From: an uncultured Eggerthella sp. | GTDB lineage: Bacteria; Actinomycetota; Coriobacteriia; Coriobacteriales; Eggerthellaceae | DNA length: 64,000 nucleotides | NCBI GenBank assembly: GCA_959607715.1 | Contig: CAUHNN010000008.1 | Location: 18,033 to 82,032 of the forward strand | Direction: 5' to 3' | Shown here: one piece after another, positions 25,776 through 44,461 of the stretch | Numbering within the stretch: the stretch's first letter is position 1 | How the letters are laid out: the number at the start of each line of letters is the position of its first letter | The notes under the pieces: generated by a model | The model's database searches: none | What the model was told of the DNA's origin: nothing | The model's input: the letters and a program-made list of their open reading frames with translations, nothing else | Made by a program: the position numbers and the translations under genes

Positions 25776-25802
25776 GCACGCGCCCCGAGAAGGGGCGCGT
25801 GC
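25776..25802 (-). terminator. GC-rich hairpin immediately downstream of rpoC, a probable terminator (weak U-tract)
   Basis: Stem gcacgcgcccc/ggggcgcgtgc of 11 bp with loop gagaa. The minus-strand downstream sequence is ttcgtatct. Confidence 0.45.
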
Positions 25803-25844
25803 GGTAGTTCATTCGCTTTCACGCGATGCGAAAGACGCGTGCGC

Positions 25845-33755
<7,911 letters not shown>

Positions 33756-33810
33756 GAGTCGTTTCCTCCTTCGGTGCAACCGGTCATCTGGTAAAAAGAC
33801 ACAATTTAAT

Positions 33811-33839
33811 AAAATACGACGGCTCCCCTTACCCGTCAA
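33811..33839 (-). promoter_or_regulatory. Sigma70-like promoter for rpoBC: TTGACG-N17-TATTTT
   Basis: The minus strand reads cccTTGACGggtaaggggagccgtcgTATTTTatt. It lies in an unusually AT-rich 180-nt region upstream of rpoB and predicts a leader of about 50 nt to the GTG. Confidence 0.5.
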
Positions 33840-33936
33840 GGGAAAAAAGTTTCAATTGTGTTCTTATTATGTGCTTCGAAAAACAGTTCCCGTTTTCGGC
33901 TGCCACCGCGCTGAAAGCCCGGAGTCCTCCACCCCC

Positions 33937-34860
33937 TTATAGCAACGACAGCTGCTGAGGTTTGAAATCGTATTCGCGAAGAACCGCACCCTCCACGAGC
34001 TCGACCTCGTGCGACTCCCAGTCTTTCAGGGGCACGACGAACAGCGCGCCGGCCTGCTCGAAGACAATAGACGAACCGATCATCCCAACGCAGAGCCCCG
34101 AGGCGATGCCCCCTGCCTCATCTACGCGCTGAAGTCGATCGTGGGCAGGAGACGGACCTGCGAAGTAGTACCGGGACAGATCGATCGGCTCCTCGGGAAC
34201 GAAACCTGCCCCGCGGATCTCCTCACGGTGCCCAAGGCCGTCGAGCACGCGCGCAAACACCTCGAGCGTTTCCGCGAAATCGTAGCGCTGCCCGCACAAG
34301 AGCTCTTCCTTCTTGGACGCGCGCATGGTTTCGACGATGCCGCTCTGCGCCACGAGCGCCGCCTCGAGACGACGCGCCGCGTAAGCGTCCTCGAAGCGAC
34401 CGACGATGCACGCGGCGCGGGCCCCCTGCTCAAGCAGACGGGACAAACCGCGATGCGCGCCGCAGATGCCCGCCTTCACGTAGGAGGGAGAGAAGTACGC
34501 CAGGTACACGACATGCGGCCTCTCGTTGTAGGCGCGCTGCTGAGGGGAGATGAAATCGGCGTTGTAGAACGAAGGGTTGAAACCCGTCGCTCTGCGGCAT
34601 TCGGGGCACATCGTATCGCGGGAGTCCTCAGGGAGCGCTTCGTCGAAGGGGCAGGGCATGTTCGCATGGGTCTCGAGATCATGCCGCCCCACGCATCGAC
34701 GCGTCGCTAAGCACTTGAGCGAAAACGTCCTCCCCCTCACGTCGAAGCGCACCTGCCCACCGCTTACGCGGTCATTCAGCAACAAGAATGGTCCCGCCTC
34801 GTCGCATCCATGCCCCGCCATGATGGCACGCACTCCCTGATTGAATCCATCCATGAGCAC
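33937..34860 (-). CDS. Conserved hypothetical protein with a Cys cluster; possibly DUF2797-like, but that assignment is uncertain
   Basis: The 307-aa ORF has good coding GC3 and sits directly upstream of rpoB, where rplL usually is. Cys motifs: KCLATRRC…MPCPFDE…MCPECRR. No recognisable catalytic motif. Confidence 0.5.
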   Translation of the reverse strand: MLMDGFNQGVRAIMAGHGCDEAGPFLLLNDRVSGGQVRFDVRGRTFSLKCLATRRCVGRHDLETHANMPCPFDEALPEDSRDTMCPECRRATGFNPSFYNADFISPQQRAYNERPHVVYLAYFSPSYVKAGICGAHRGLSRLLEQGARAACIVGRFEDAYAARRLEAALVAQSGIVETMRASKKEELLCGQRYDFAETLEVFARVLDGLGHREEIRGAGFVPEEPIDLSRYYFAGPSPAHDRLQRVDEAGGIASGLCVGMIGSSIVFEQAGALFVVPLKDWESHEVELVEGAVLREYDFKPQQLSLL

Positions 34861-35040
34861 ACATCCTTATCGTGAAAGTCGCTCGAGCGACCATGAAGCG
34901 AACTACGTATACCGGGAAATGATATACGGCAAGTAGCATATTTAGGGACATGATTTTCCCAAGCGGCACCGATCCGTGAACGCGTCCCCCAACCAGGAAA
35001 CGCCGCTCAACCAGAAGGCCGAAGCGCCAAGTGCCCCCAC

Positions 35041-35071
35041 GCAAAGGAAAAGCCCGCATAAGCGGGCTTTT
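35041..35071 (-). terminator. Rho-independent terminator after the DUF1292 gene (end of the secDF-DUF1292 unit)
   Basis: Stem aaaagcccgc/gcgggctttt with loop ataa, flanked by tttcctttg on the minus strand. Confidence 0.5.
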
Positions 35072-35094
35072 CCTTGAAATTCGATCTCGAGCGG

Positions 35095-35415
35095 TTACGA
35101 GAAATCGTAGAGGTCCTTCGTGGCCTGCTTGAAGTCTTCGTAGACTTCCTGAGCAATGCCCTCGTCAACGACGAGTTCGAAATCAGCAGGCTGGCCTTCA
35201 TCGTCGAAGGCGGTGACCTCGAGGATGGTCACTTCCCCGGAGTCCCCTACCTGTCCTTCGTCGTCGACCACGAAGAAGAAGCCGTAACGACGATCGTTGT
35301 GGATGATGAGTCCGAGGAACTCAAGGTCAATGCAGTCTCCGGACTGATCCTGGAGGGTGTAGACCATGCCTTCCTGAACCGGAGGTGCGAAATTAGGCGC
35401 GCTTCCTTCTCTCAT
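35095..35415 (-). CDS. DUF1292 family protein (YrzB-like)
   Basis: 106-aa acidic protein: …YTLQDQSGDCIDLEFLGLIIHNDRRYGFFFVVDDEG…VTILEVTAFDDEGQPADFELVVDEGIAQEVYEDFKQ, the typical DUF1292 pattern. Its ATG overlaps the secDF stop (TAATG). Confidence 0.7.
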   Translation of the reverse strand: MREGSAPNFAPPVQEGMVYTLQDQSGDCIDLEFLGLIIHNDRRYGFFFVVDDEGQVGDSGEVTILEVTAFDDEGQPADFELVVDEGIAQEVYEDFKQATKDLYDFS

Positions 35416-38099
35416 TAGTCCTTCTTTCTCTTGTAGCGAATGGGCTTGTCGTTGGCAGGCTTTTTCTTCGCCTTCGGAACCTCCGCAGCAGCCTCGGCAA
35501 CGGAAGCATCACTGTACCCAGCTGCTTCAACGACGGCGCCGTCAGAAGGAAGCGGCGTCGAGGCGAAGGAGAAGCGCTGGATTTCGTCTCCGTACTTTCG
35601 AACGAGTTTAGCGAACTTGGGCTCGCGCGTCTTCCACATAGCGTAAAGAGGAGTCGCCACCGCGATCGAGGAGTACGAACCCGCGATGAGGCCCACCGCC
35701 ATGGCGAAGGCGAAATCCTTCAACGTCTCGCCACCGAAGAGCAGCATGCCGATAACGGGAACGAGAGAGGTGAGCGTCGTGTTAATCGTGCGAACGAACA
35801 CCTGGTTAACCGAATGGTTCGCCATGGACATGAACGTGCACTTCACCGCCTCGCCCTTCATGTTGTCGTTGATGCGATGGAACACGACGACGGTATCGTA
35901 GAGAGAATAACCGAGGATGGTCAGCAACGCGGCGATGGTGTTCGGAGTGACCTCGCGGCCGAACAGGGCATAGACGCCGACGACGATCACGAGGTCGTGA
36001 ATAAGCGCGACAACGGCGGTAACGCCCATCTTGTACTCAAAGCGCAGCGCGATATAGGCGATGATCAGCAGAAGCGACACCGCAAAGGCGATGGCCGATG
36101 ACTGGATGACCCCCGCGCCCCAGTCGGGACCGACGGTGTTGACTTCGTAGCTATCGGTTGAAAGGCCAAGGGAAGCGGCGACGTCGTTGGCGACCGCGGC
36201 AGCCTGCTCGGCCGAGGTGGTGGAAGTGCGGATCAGGTAGCCGGCCAATCCGTCGGCGTACGTCGTCTGAATGACGGCTTCAGGCTCGCCCGCCGCCGCG
36301 AATGCATCGCGCATCTGGTCGATGGTCACATCGCCCGTTTCATGGAAGGTGGTCGACGTGCCGCCAACGAATTCGATGCCGAACTGAAGCCCCTTCACCC
36401 CGACGACGAGGGCGGAAAGCACTATGAGGGCAGCCGAAACGGAAAGGAGCACCTTGCGGACGCCCATGAAGTTGATGTCCCGCTTGATGAAGCGCCCCTT
36501 AAGGGAGCGAAGGGCCTTCAGGGCAAGGCTGGTGCGCTCGGCACGATCGGAAGGAGACTCCTCCTGCTTGCCCGAAGCGGAGCCGGTAAGCTGCGCGTAA
36601 ACCGGGGCGGCGGCAAGGCTGTCCTTTATCCCCCAGAAGCCCGGATGCTTGGCGATGGAATGCGGAGCCAGCAGGCGGATGAGCGGAGCCTTCAGGATGA
36701 GCATCATGACGATGTCGCAGATGATGCCGAGGGCGAGCGTCAAGCCGAAGCCCTTGACCGATGCCGAAGCCAGGAAAAACAGGGTGAGCGCGGAGACGAG
36801 CGTCACCAGGTCGGCGTCGATGGAGGTCTCGATGCCGTGGCGAACACCGGTCAAGGACGCGGCACGCACGCTACGACCCATGCGGATCTCCTCGCGGAAA
36901 CGCTCGAGGACGAGGATGGACGAGTCGGCGGCCATGCCGATCGTGAGAACGATGCCCGCGATGCCGGCCAAAGACAGGGAGAACAGGCCAAACGCCGAAA
37001 GCGTAGCGAGCAAGCCCAGGTACAGGACGGCGAAAACGCCCATGGCCGCGGCCGTCAGCAGGCCAAGGCCGTGATAGAAAAAGAGCAGATAGAGCATGAC
37101 GAGAGCAAGGCCGATAATCGCCACCACAAGACCGCTCATCAAAGCGTCCTGGCCAAGCGTCGGGCCGACGACCTGGCTCTGCTCGTAATGGAAGCTCACG
37201 GGCAACGAACCGCTCTCCAAGACGGTCTGGAGAGCCTGGGCTTCTTCGAGCGTGTAGTTGCCGGTGATGGAGACCTGCCCACCGGTGATCTCGGATTGAA
37301 CGGCGGGAGCCGACTGGATCTCGTTGTCGAGAACGATGACGATCTGCCCGTTGGTGGGAGCGAGGTCGCGCGTAGCCTGGGCGAAAGCTTCGGTCCCTTC
37401 CTGGTCAAGCGTCAGGTTGACCGCATAGTACTGGCTCGTTTCGGAAGCCTTATCGACCGTGACGCGGGAAATGTTCTCGCCGGTAATGAGCGGCGTGTAG
37501 GTGCCGGGCTCCACTTCACGATACGTGGTCTTGCCCGTGGGGAACGAATTGCCGAATTCGTCGGTCACCGACCCCTGTTGCAGGTACGTACCGCTTGCGA
37601 TGGCGGACTGGTCCGCGGAGTCGGTGAAGGAATCCGCGCGAGCGAACTCGAGCTTACCGGTCTTGCCGATGGTCTGAAGGGCCGTTTCGGTATCCGAAAG
37701 CCCGGGAATCTGAACAAGGATCTGGTTGGTTCCCTGCACCTGAACCGTCGCCTCGGATGCGCCGAGGGCGTTAACGCGCGATTCAATGATGGCGCGGGAC
37801 TTCTCCATGTCCTCCGCCGTCACCTCTTCACCATCGATGCTCTGGGCGGATAGGACGACCGAAAGACCTCCCTGGATGTCGAGGCCTTGGTTGATCTTCT
37901 CGCTCGGGGGCGTGAACATCACCACGGAAGCGACGACGAGCACGGTGGTGAAAACGAGCAGCCATATGTTGCGGCGCTCCTTGCCGCCAGCGCGCTTCTT
38001 GCGCTTCTTTCCCGATGAAGGGCGCAGCGACTCCTCCGCCGCCTTGGCCGTCGAGGAGGATGCGTCTTCCTTTGACTTCTTCTTGAAAATACCTGCCAT
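35415..38099 (-). CDS. secDF: Protein translocase subunit SecDF (fused SecD-SecF, 894 aa)
   Basis: N-terminal SecD periplasmic and TM domains (…GLDIQGGLSVVLSAQ…) and the C-terminal SecF half (…GIEFVGGTSTTFH…), giving 12 TM segments in total. Confidence 0.9.
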   Translation of the reverse strand: MAGIFKKKSKEDASSSTAKAAEESLRPSSGKKRKKRAGGKERRNIWLLVFTTVLVVASVVMFTPPSEKINQGLDIQGGLSVVLSAQSIDGEEVTAEDMEKSRAIIESRVNALGASEATVQVQGTNQILVQIPGLSDTETALQTIGKTGKLEFARADSFTDSADQSAIASGTYLQQGSVTDEFGNSFPTGKTTYREVEPGTYTPLITGENISRVTVDKASETSQYYAVNLTLDQEGTEAFAQATRDLAPTNGQIVIVLDNEIQSAPAVQSEITGGQVSITGNYTLEEAQALQTVLESGSLPVSFHYEQSQVVGPTLGQDALMSGLVVAIIGLALVMLYLLFFYHGLGLLTAAAMGVFAVLYLGLLATLSAFGLFSLSLAGIAGIVLTIGMAADSSILVLERFREEIRMGRSVRAASLTGVRHGIETSIDADLVTLVSALTLFFLASASVKGFGLTLALGIICDIVMMLILKAPLIRLLAPHSIAKHPGFWGIKDSLAAAPVYAQLTGSASGKQEESPSDRAERTSLALKALRSLKGRFIKRDINFMGVRKVLLSVSAALIVLSALVVGVKGLQFGIEFVGGTSTTFHETGDVTIDQMRDAFAAAGEPEAVIQTTYADGLAGYLIRTSTTSAEQAAAVANDVAASLGLSTDSYEVNTVGPDWGAGVIQSSAIAFAVSLLLIIAYIALRFEYKMGVTAVVALIHDLVIVVGVYALFGREVTPNTIAALLTILGYSLYDTVVVFHRINDNMKGEAVKCTFMSMANHSVNQVFVRTINTTLTSLVPVIGMLLFGGETLKDFAFAMAVGLIAGSYSSIAVATPLYAMWKTREPKFAKLVRKYGDEIQRFSFASTPLPSDGAVVEAAGYSDASVAEAAAEVPKAKKKPANDKPIRYKRKKD

Positions 38100-38216
38100 G
38101 AGTTTCCCTTTTATATCTTCTGTCCATGAGGCGCGTTTTAGGCGTAGCTTCCCTATGATAGCGCGAAGCCCCTCGCCCGCCGCCGCTGCCGGGCATTATT
38201 TAGATCTTTGAAACGA

Positions 38217-40087
<1,871 letters not shown>

Positions 40088-40170
40088 ACGGGGATTCCTT
40101 TCTACGGTGAACTCTCTAGCGAGTATCAAATGCTAGTATAAGTGAGCTGGAAGGAGCGCATGACGAACCT

Positions 40171-41856
40171 ATGAAATTGTTACTTCACGCCTGCTGCGGC
40201 CCCTGCTCTCTCGAGCCGGTGAGGCTGCTCGTCGAAGCCGGCCACGACATCACGATCGCCTACTTCAACTCGAACATCGCACCAGCAGACGAATACGAGC
40301 ACCGCCTCGATACGCTGCTCGGTTGGGCGCGCTCGCAGGGCATCCCCGTCATCGAAGGGGCCTACGAGCCGAACGAGTGGCGAGCACGCATCGGGCGCGC
40401 GTGGAAAGCCGGCGATCCGCGCGAAAACCGCTGTCGCGCCTGCTACCGCGCACGCCTTGAGGAGCTTGCGCGCTACGCCGACGAAAACGGGTTCGAGGGC
40501 ATAGCGACCACCCTTTCGGTGAGCCCCTACCAATACATCGACATGATCGAAGAGGAGCTCGAGCGAGCGGCCGCATCTTTCGGCCTCGCTGCCGTCTTCG
40601 AGGATTACCGACCCTACTACCCCCAGGCGACCATCAGAAGCCGAGAAGAGGGAATGTACCGCCAAAACTACTGCGGCTGCGCCTGGTCCGATGCCGAAGC
40701 ACGAGCCGAAAGAGAAGAGCGGAAAGCCGAACGAAAGGCCGCGAAGATGAAGAAGAAAGCAGAAAAACTCGCCGCTTTGACGACGAGCGATTTCGATTAC
40801 GAACTGCCCGAGGAGCTTATCGCCCAAAAGCCCGCCGAAGAGCGCGACGGCTGCCGCATGCTCGTGATGAAGCGCGCTAACGGGGCCCTGCACGACGAGA
40901 TCTTCCGCGATATCTACGACCACCTGAAGCCAGGGGATCTGCTCGTCGCCAACGAAACGCGCGTCATGCCCGCCCGACTGCTCGGCGCGAAACGCGTCAC
41001 CGGCGGCCAATCCGAGGTCTTCCTGCTACGCGAGCGCTTCGACGTCGAGGAAAAGAAGGACTCGAGCGCCGTCTGGGAGGTTCTCGTTCGCCCGGGCAAG
41101 CGCCTAAAGCCCGGCGCCATCGTCGACTTCACCGACGCGCAAGGCGACGTCGTCCTTTCCGCCGAGATCATCGATTGGGTGGAAGACGCCGAAAAGGGAG
41201 AGAGGCTCGCGCGCCTCACGACGCCGCTGCCTTCCCTCGACGAGGCGCTTCATCGCGTAGGACACACGCCGCTGCCGCCCTACATCAAGAACTACGCCGG
41301 CGACGAAGAGCTCTACCAGACCGTTTTCTCCCAGGAGGAGCGCAGCGCTGCCGCGCCCACCGCAGGCCTGCATTTCACGCCCGAGCTGATCGGCCGCATC
41401 AAAGAAAAAGGAGTCGGCTTCGAAACGGTCCATCTCGAAGTGGGGCTCGACACCTTCCGCATCGTCGACGAAGAGAACCCGCGCGACCACCAAATCCACA
41501 CCGAACGCTACACCGTCCCCGAGAAAACCGTCGAGGCCATCAAGAAGGCCAAAGCTGCCGGCGGGCGCGTCGTCGCCGTGGGCACGACGAGCGTGCGCAG
41601 CCTCGAATCGGCATGGAGCGAAGAAGCCGGCGATATACTCCCCCGCGACCGCGAGGCCACGTCGCTGTTCATCCTTCCCGGCTACGAATTCCACGTGGTC
41701 GATGCGCTCATCACGAACTTCCACGTGCCGAGATCGACTCTCATGATGCTCGTGAGCGCCTTCTCCTCGCGGGACAACATCATGAAAGCCTACCGCCACG
41801 CCATCAAACGTCGCTACCGGATGCTCTCGTTCGGCGATGCGATGTTCATCGAATAA
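40171..41856 (+). CDS. queA: QueH-QueA fusion: N-terminal epoxyqueuosine reductase QueH (DUF208), a Lys/Glu-rich linker, then C-terminal S-adenosylmethionine:tRNA ribosyltransferase-isomerase QueA
   Basis: Residues 1-175: MKLLLHACCGPCSLEP… (the QueH LLHxCCxPCS Fe-S motif) …CRACYRARLEE…YCGCAW. Linker: EAEARAEREERKAERKAAKMKKKAEK. Residues 205-561: FDYELPEELIAQKPAEERDGCRMLV…LLVANETRVMPARL…GLHFTPEL…, a full-length QueA. One continuous 561-aa frame. Confidence 0.85.
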   Translation: MKLLLHACCGPCSLEPVRLLVEAGHDITIAYFNSNIAPADEYEHRLDTLLGWARSQGIPVIEGAYEPNEWRARIGRAWKAGDPRENRCRACYRARLEELARYADENGFEGIATTLSVSPYQYIDMIEEELERAAASFGLAAVFEDYRPYYPQATIRSREEGMYRQNYCGCAWSDAEARAEREERKAERKAAKMKKKAEKLAALTTSDFDYELPEELIAQKPAEERDGCRMLVMKRANGALHDEIFRDIYDHLKPGDLLVANETRVMPARLLGAKRVTGGQSEVFLLRERFDVEEKKDSSAVWEVLVRPGKRLKPGAIVDFTDAQGDVVLSAEIIDWVEDAEKGERLARLTTPLPSLDEALHRVGHTPLPPYIKNYAGDEELYQTVFSQEERSAAAPTAGLHFTPELIGRIKEKGVGFETVHLEVGLDTFRIVDEENPRDHQIHTERYTVPEKTVEAIKKAKAAGGRVVAVGTTSVRSLESAWSEEAGDILPRDREATSLFILPGYEFHVVDALITNFHVPRSTLMMLVSAFSSRDNIMKAYRHAIKRRYRMLSFGDAMFIE

Positions 41857-41864
41857 ACCGACCT

Positions 41865-41897
41865 CCAGCGCCTGCGGCCATCGGCTGCGGGCGCTGG
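41865..41897 (+). other. 33-nt GC-rich near-perfect hairpin (15-bp stem, 3-nt loop) between queHA and the NYN gene, with no U-tract
   Basis: ccagcgcctgcggcc-atc-ggctgcgggcgctgg, with 13 Watson-Crick pairs and 2 G-U pairs. It is followed 5 nt later by the SD AAGGAG and the ATG of the NYN gene. Confidence 0.5.
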
Positions 41898-41913
41898 CCG
41901 TAAAGGAGCCTCA

Positions 41914-42759
41914 ATGGAAAAAGAAATGAAAATAGCCGTGCTCATCGACGCTGAAAACGTCTCGAGCAAATACGTCGACATCATCCTGCGCGAAGCCTCG
42001 AGCCTCGGCAACCTTATCTACAAGCGCGTCTACGGCAACTGGACCACGCCTCTTCTCAATTCATGGAAAACCGCCCTGCTCGACAACGCCATCCAGCCCA
42101 TACAGCAGTACAGCAACACCGCAGGGAAGAACTCGTCGGATTCCGCGCTCATCATCGACGCCATGGATCTTCTCTATCAAAAGCGCCTCGACGCCTTCTG
42201 CATCGTCTCGTCCGACAGCGATTTCACGCGGCTAGCAAGCCGCCTGCGCGAATCGGAGATGTACGTGCTCGGCATGGGCGAGCAGAAAACGCCGCGCGCA
42301 TTCATCTCGGCATGCAACAAGTTCGTCTATCTCGACCTGCTCTACAAGCAGACGCACAGCCCCGCACCCGCGAAGAAGAAGGCCAAGCAAGAACCGAAGA
42401 GACAGACCGCAGACCAGGGAAGCGAGAAGCCAACCAAGAAGCAGCCGCGCAAGGAGGAAATGCCTGCGCCCGAGGAAAGCGCGAGCATCGAGACGACCGG
42501 CGAAGGATCCGACATCATCGTGGTCGAATCGACCCTGCGCGACGTGGCCGAAGAGTTCAGCGGCGACGACGGCTGGATCCTCTCGGCGCGACTGGGAGCC
42601 TACCTCTCTAAGCGCCTGCCCGACTTCGACACGCGCAACTTCGGCTTCCGGAAGTTCGTCCCCTTCATCGAATCGCTTGGCATCTTCGAGAAAAAGGACG
42701 TCACGGACCCGAACCGCTCCGAAGCGCGCGACGTCTACTTCAGGCTCGTCGAGGAGTAA
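41914..42759 (+). CDS. NYN (LabA-like) nuclease-domain protein with a C-terminal OST-HTH/LOTUS domain
   Basis: N-terminus IAVLIDAENVSSKYVDIIL…FCIVSSDSDFTRLASRLRE (NYN/LabA Asp residues). Central Lys/Pro/Glu-rich linker. C-terminus …DGWILSARLGAYLSKRLPDFDTRNFGFRKFVPFIESLGIF (OST-HTH-like). Confidence 0.75.
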   Translation: MEKEMKIAVLIDAENVSSKYVDIILREASSLGNLIYKRVYGNWTTPLLNSWKTALLDNAIQPIQQYSNTAGKNSSDSALIIDAMDLLYQKRLDAFCIVSSDSDFTRLASRLRESEMYVLGMGEQKTPRAFISACNKFVYLDLLYKQTHSPAPAKKKAKQEPKRQTADQGSEKPTKKQPRKEEMPAPEESASIETTGEGSDIIVVESTLRDVAEEFSGDDGWILSARLGAYLSKRLPDFDTRNFGFRKFVPFIESLGIFEKKDVTDPNRSEARDVYFRLVEE

Positions 42760-42856
42760 CGGCCGGAGCCCGAAGGCAAGCCAGCCGGACCGCGATGAAA
42801 GGCCCTTCTCGAAAAATGCCCCGCTCCTTCAAACCCGGAGCCGACCGCGCGTATGG

Positions 42857-44314
42857 TCAGGCAATGCGTCCATACGCGCGGTCAAGCGCATTCGCTGCCG
42901 CGACGGCCTTCCCCTCATCGAGACCGGCGATGGAGACCACGAAGCGACAACGATCGGGGGCCAAGGCCGCCAGGGACCCTTCGCCGAGGCAAAACGAAGA
43001 CAGGGCGGAAATGCGAACCCCCTCTTCAGCCGCAGCCTCGACGAACCGCCTTCCCCATCGACGATCCTTCCGCTCGCCGATGGGGAGGCCCATGAGGAAA
43101 TGCAGCCCCTCGTCCGCCTGCTCGATCGACATGCCGTCAGAAAACGAGCACATGCGCGCTGCCGCGACGAACGCATCGCGCACGCCTCGATAGTGCGTGC
43201 GCATGCGGTTGACGTGACGTTCGTAGGACCCGCTCTCGATAAAGCGCGCCAGCGCAAGCTGATCGACCGCGCTTACCGTATTGGAATAGAACCCGAACTC
43301 GTCGCGAAAACGCATCGCCAATGCTTCGGGCAAGACCATATACCCTACGCGAAACGCCGGTCCTAGGCTTTTGGCGAAGGTGTTCGCGTAGATGACGCGG
43401 CCCGCCGCGTCGATGCTCTCCAGAGACGGTATGGCTTTACCCTGAAGACGGAACTCGCAGTCGTAATCATCCTCGATGAGATAGCGCCCTTGCTCCTCGC
43501 AGGCCCATCCCAGCAGCTCGTAGCGACGGCCGATCGACGTCACGATGCCCGTGGGATACTGATGGGAAGGCATGAGATGCAGGATGGAAGCGTCCGATGC
43601 GCGCAAAGCATCCGCGCAAACCCCCGAACCATCGAGCGGCAGATAGCGCAACGAAACGGAATTGGCTTCGTAGATCCGCGCAAGGCGAGGGTATCCTGGA
43701 TCTTCAAGGGCGTAGGCCCGATCACGGCCAAGCAGCTGGACCAGCCAGTTGTAGAGAACCTGAGAGCCAGCCCCCACGACGATGCATTCGGGGTCGACCT
43801 CCATCCCGCGGAACCCTTTCAAATGCTCAGCGATGGCGCAACGCAGGCGAAGGAGCCCGAAAGGATCGGTTTCCCCTATCAACTCCCGCTCGTCCTCAAG
43901 CGACAACGCCTCGCGCACCGTCTTCGCCCACGAGGCGTACGGGAACACCCCCGAAGGAAACGAGGAACCCGTCAGATCGATCACACAGGCGCAATGGCCC
44001 TTCCCGCTCGATTTCGCCCCTTGCCCCTTCGACGCGAAACCGTGAACCGCCGACGCGGATGGCAACGGGGCCCCCACATCGCAGGCGAAATAGCCGCGAC
44101 GAGGCTCGGTGCGCAGATAGCCTTCTGCGACGAGCTGACGATAAGCGCTTTCGACCGTGACGAGGCTCACCCCCAGATGGCGGGCGAACGAGCGCTTGGA
44201 GGGCATCTTTTCCCCGGCAGCGATGCCCCCTCCCTCGATATCCGCTTTGATGCAGCTGTACAAATGGGAATAAAGGCTCTCTTCGCCGCGATCATCAAAG
44301 GAATATGTCAGCAT
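42857..44314 (-). CDS. pdxR: MocR/GntR-family PLP-dependent transcriptional regulator, a probable PdxR
   Basis: N-terminal GntR winged HTH (…LYSHLYSCIKADIEGGGIAAGEKMPSKRSFARHLGVSLVTVESAYRQLVAEGYL) fused to an aminotransferase fold-type I domain. It is divergently transcribed from pdxST, the classic PdxR arrangement. Confidence 0.8.
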   Translation of the reverse strand: MLTYSFDDRGEESLYSHLYSCIKADIEGGGIAAGEKMPSKRSFARHLGVSLVTVESAYRQLVAEGYLRTEPRRGYFACDVGAPLPSASAVHGFASKGQGAKSSGKGHCACVIDLTGSSFPSGVFPYASWAKTVREALSLEDERELIGETDPFGLLRLRCAIAEHLKGFRGMEVDPECIVVGAGSQVLYNWLVQLLGRDRAYALEDPGYPRLARIYEANSVSLRYLPLDGSGVCADALRASDASILHLMPSHQYPTGIVTSIGRRYELLGWACEEQGRYLIEDDYDCEFRLQGKAIPSLESIDAAGRVIYANTFAKSLGPAFRVGYMVLPEALAMRFRDEFGFYSNTVSAVDQLALARFIESGSYERHVNRMRTHYRGVRDAFVAAARMCSFSDGMSIEQADEGLHFLMGLPIGERKDRRWGRRFVEAAAEEGVRISALSSFCLGEGSLAALAPDRCRFVVSIAGLDEGKAVAAANALDRAYGRIA

Positions 44315-44461
44315 GCATGCGCCCCTTCACCTTATCTGACCCGCATCTGGTCTTATCATTTTTCATTCTATTGGCTCTATAGATATTATCAGTTGAAGCG
44401 TAAAGTCTCATCCATTCATTGAAGCGCCTTCACTAAGGCACGACCGACGTAAGGAGAGGCC

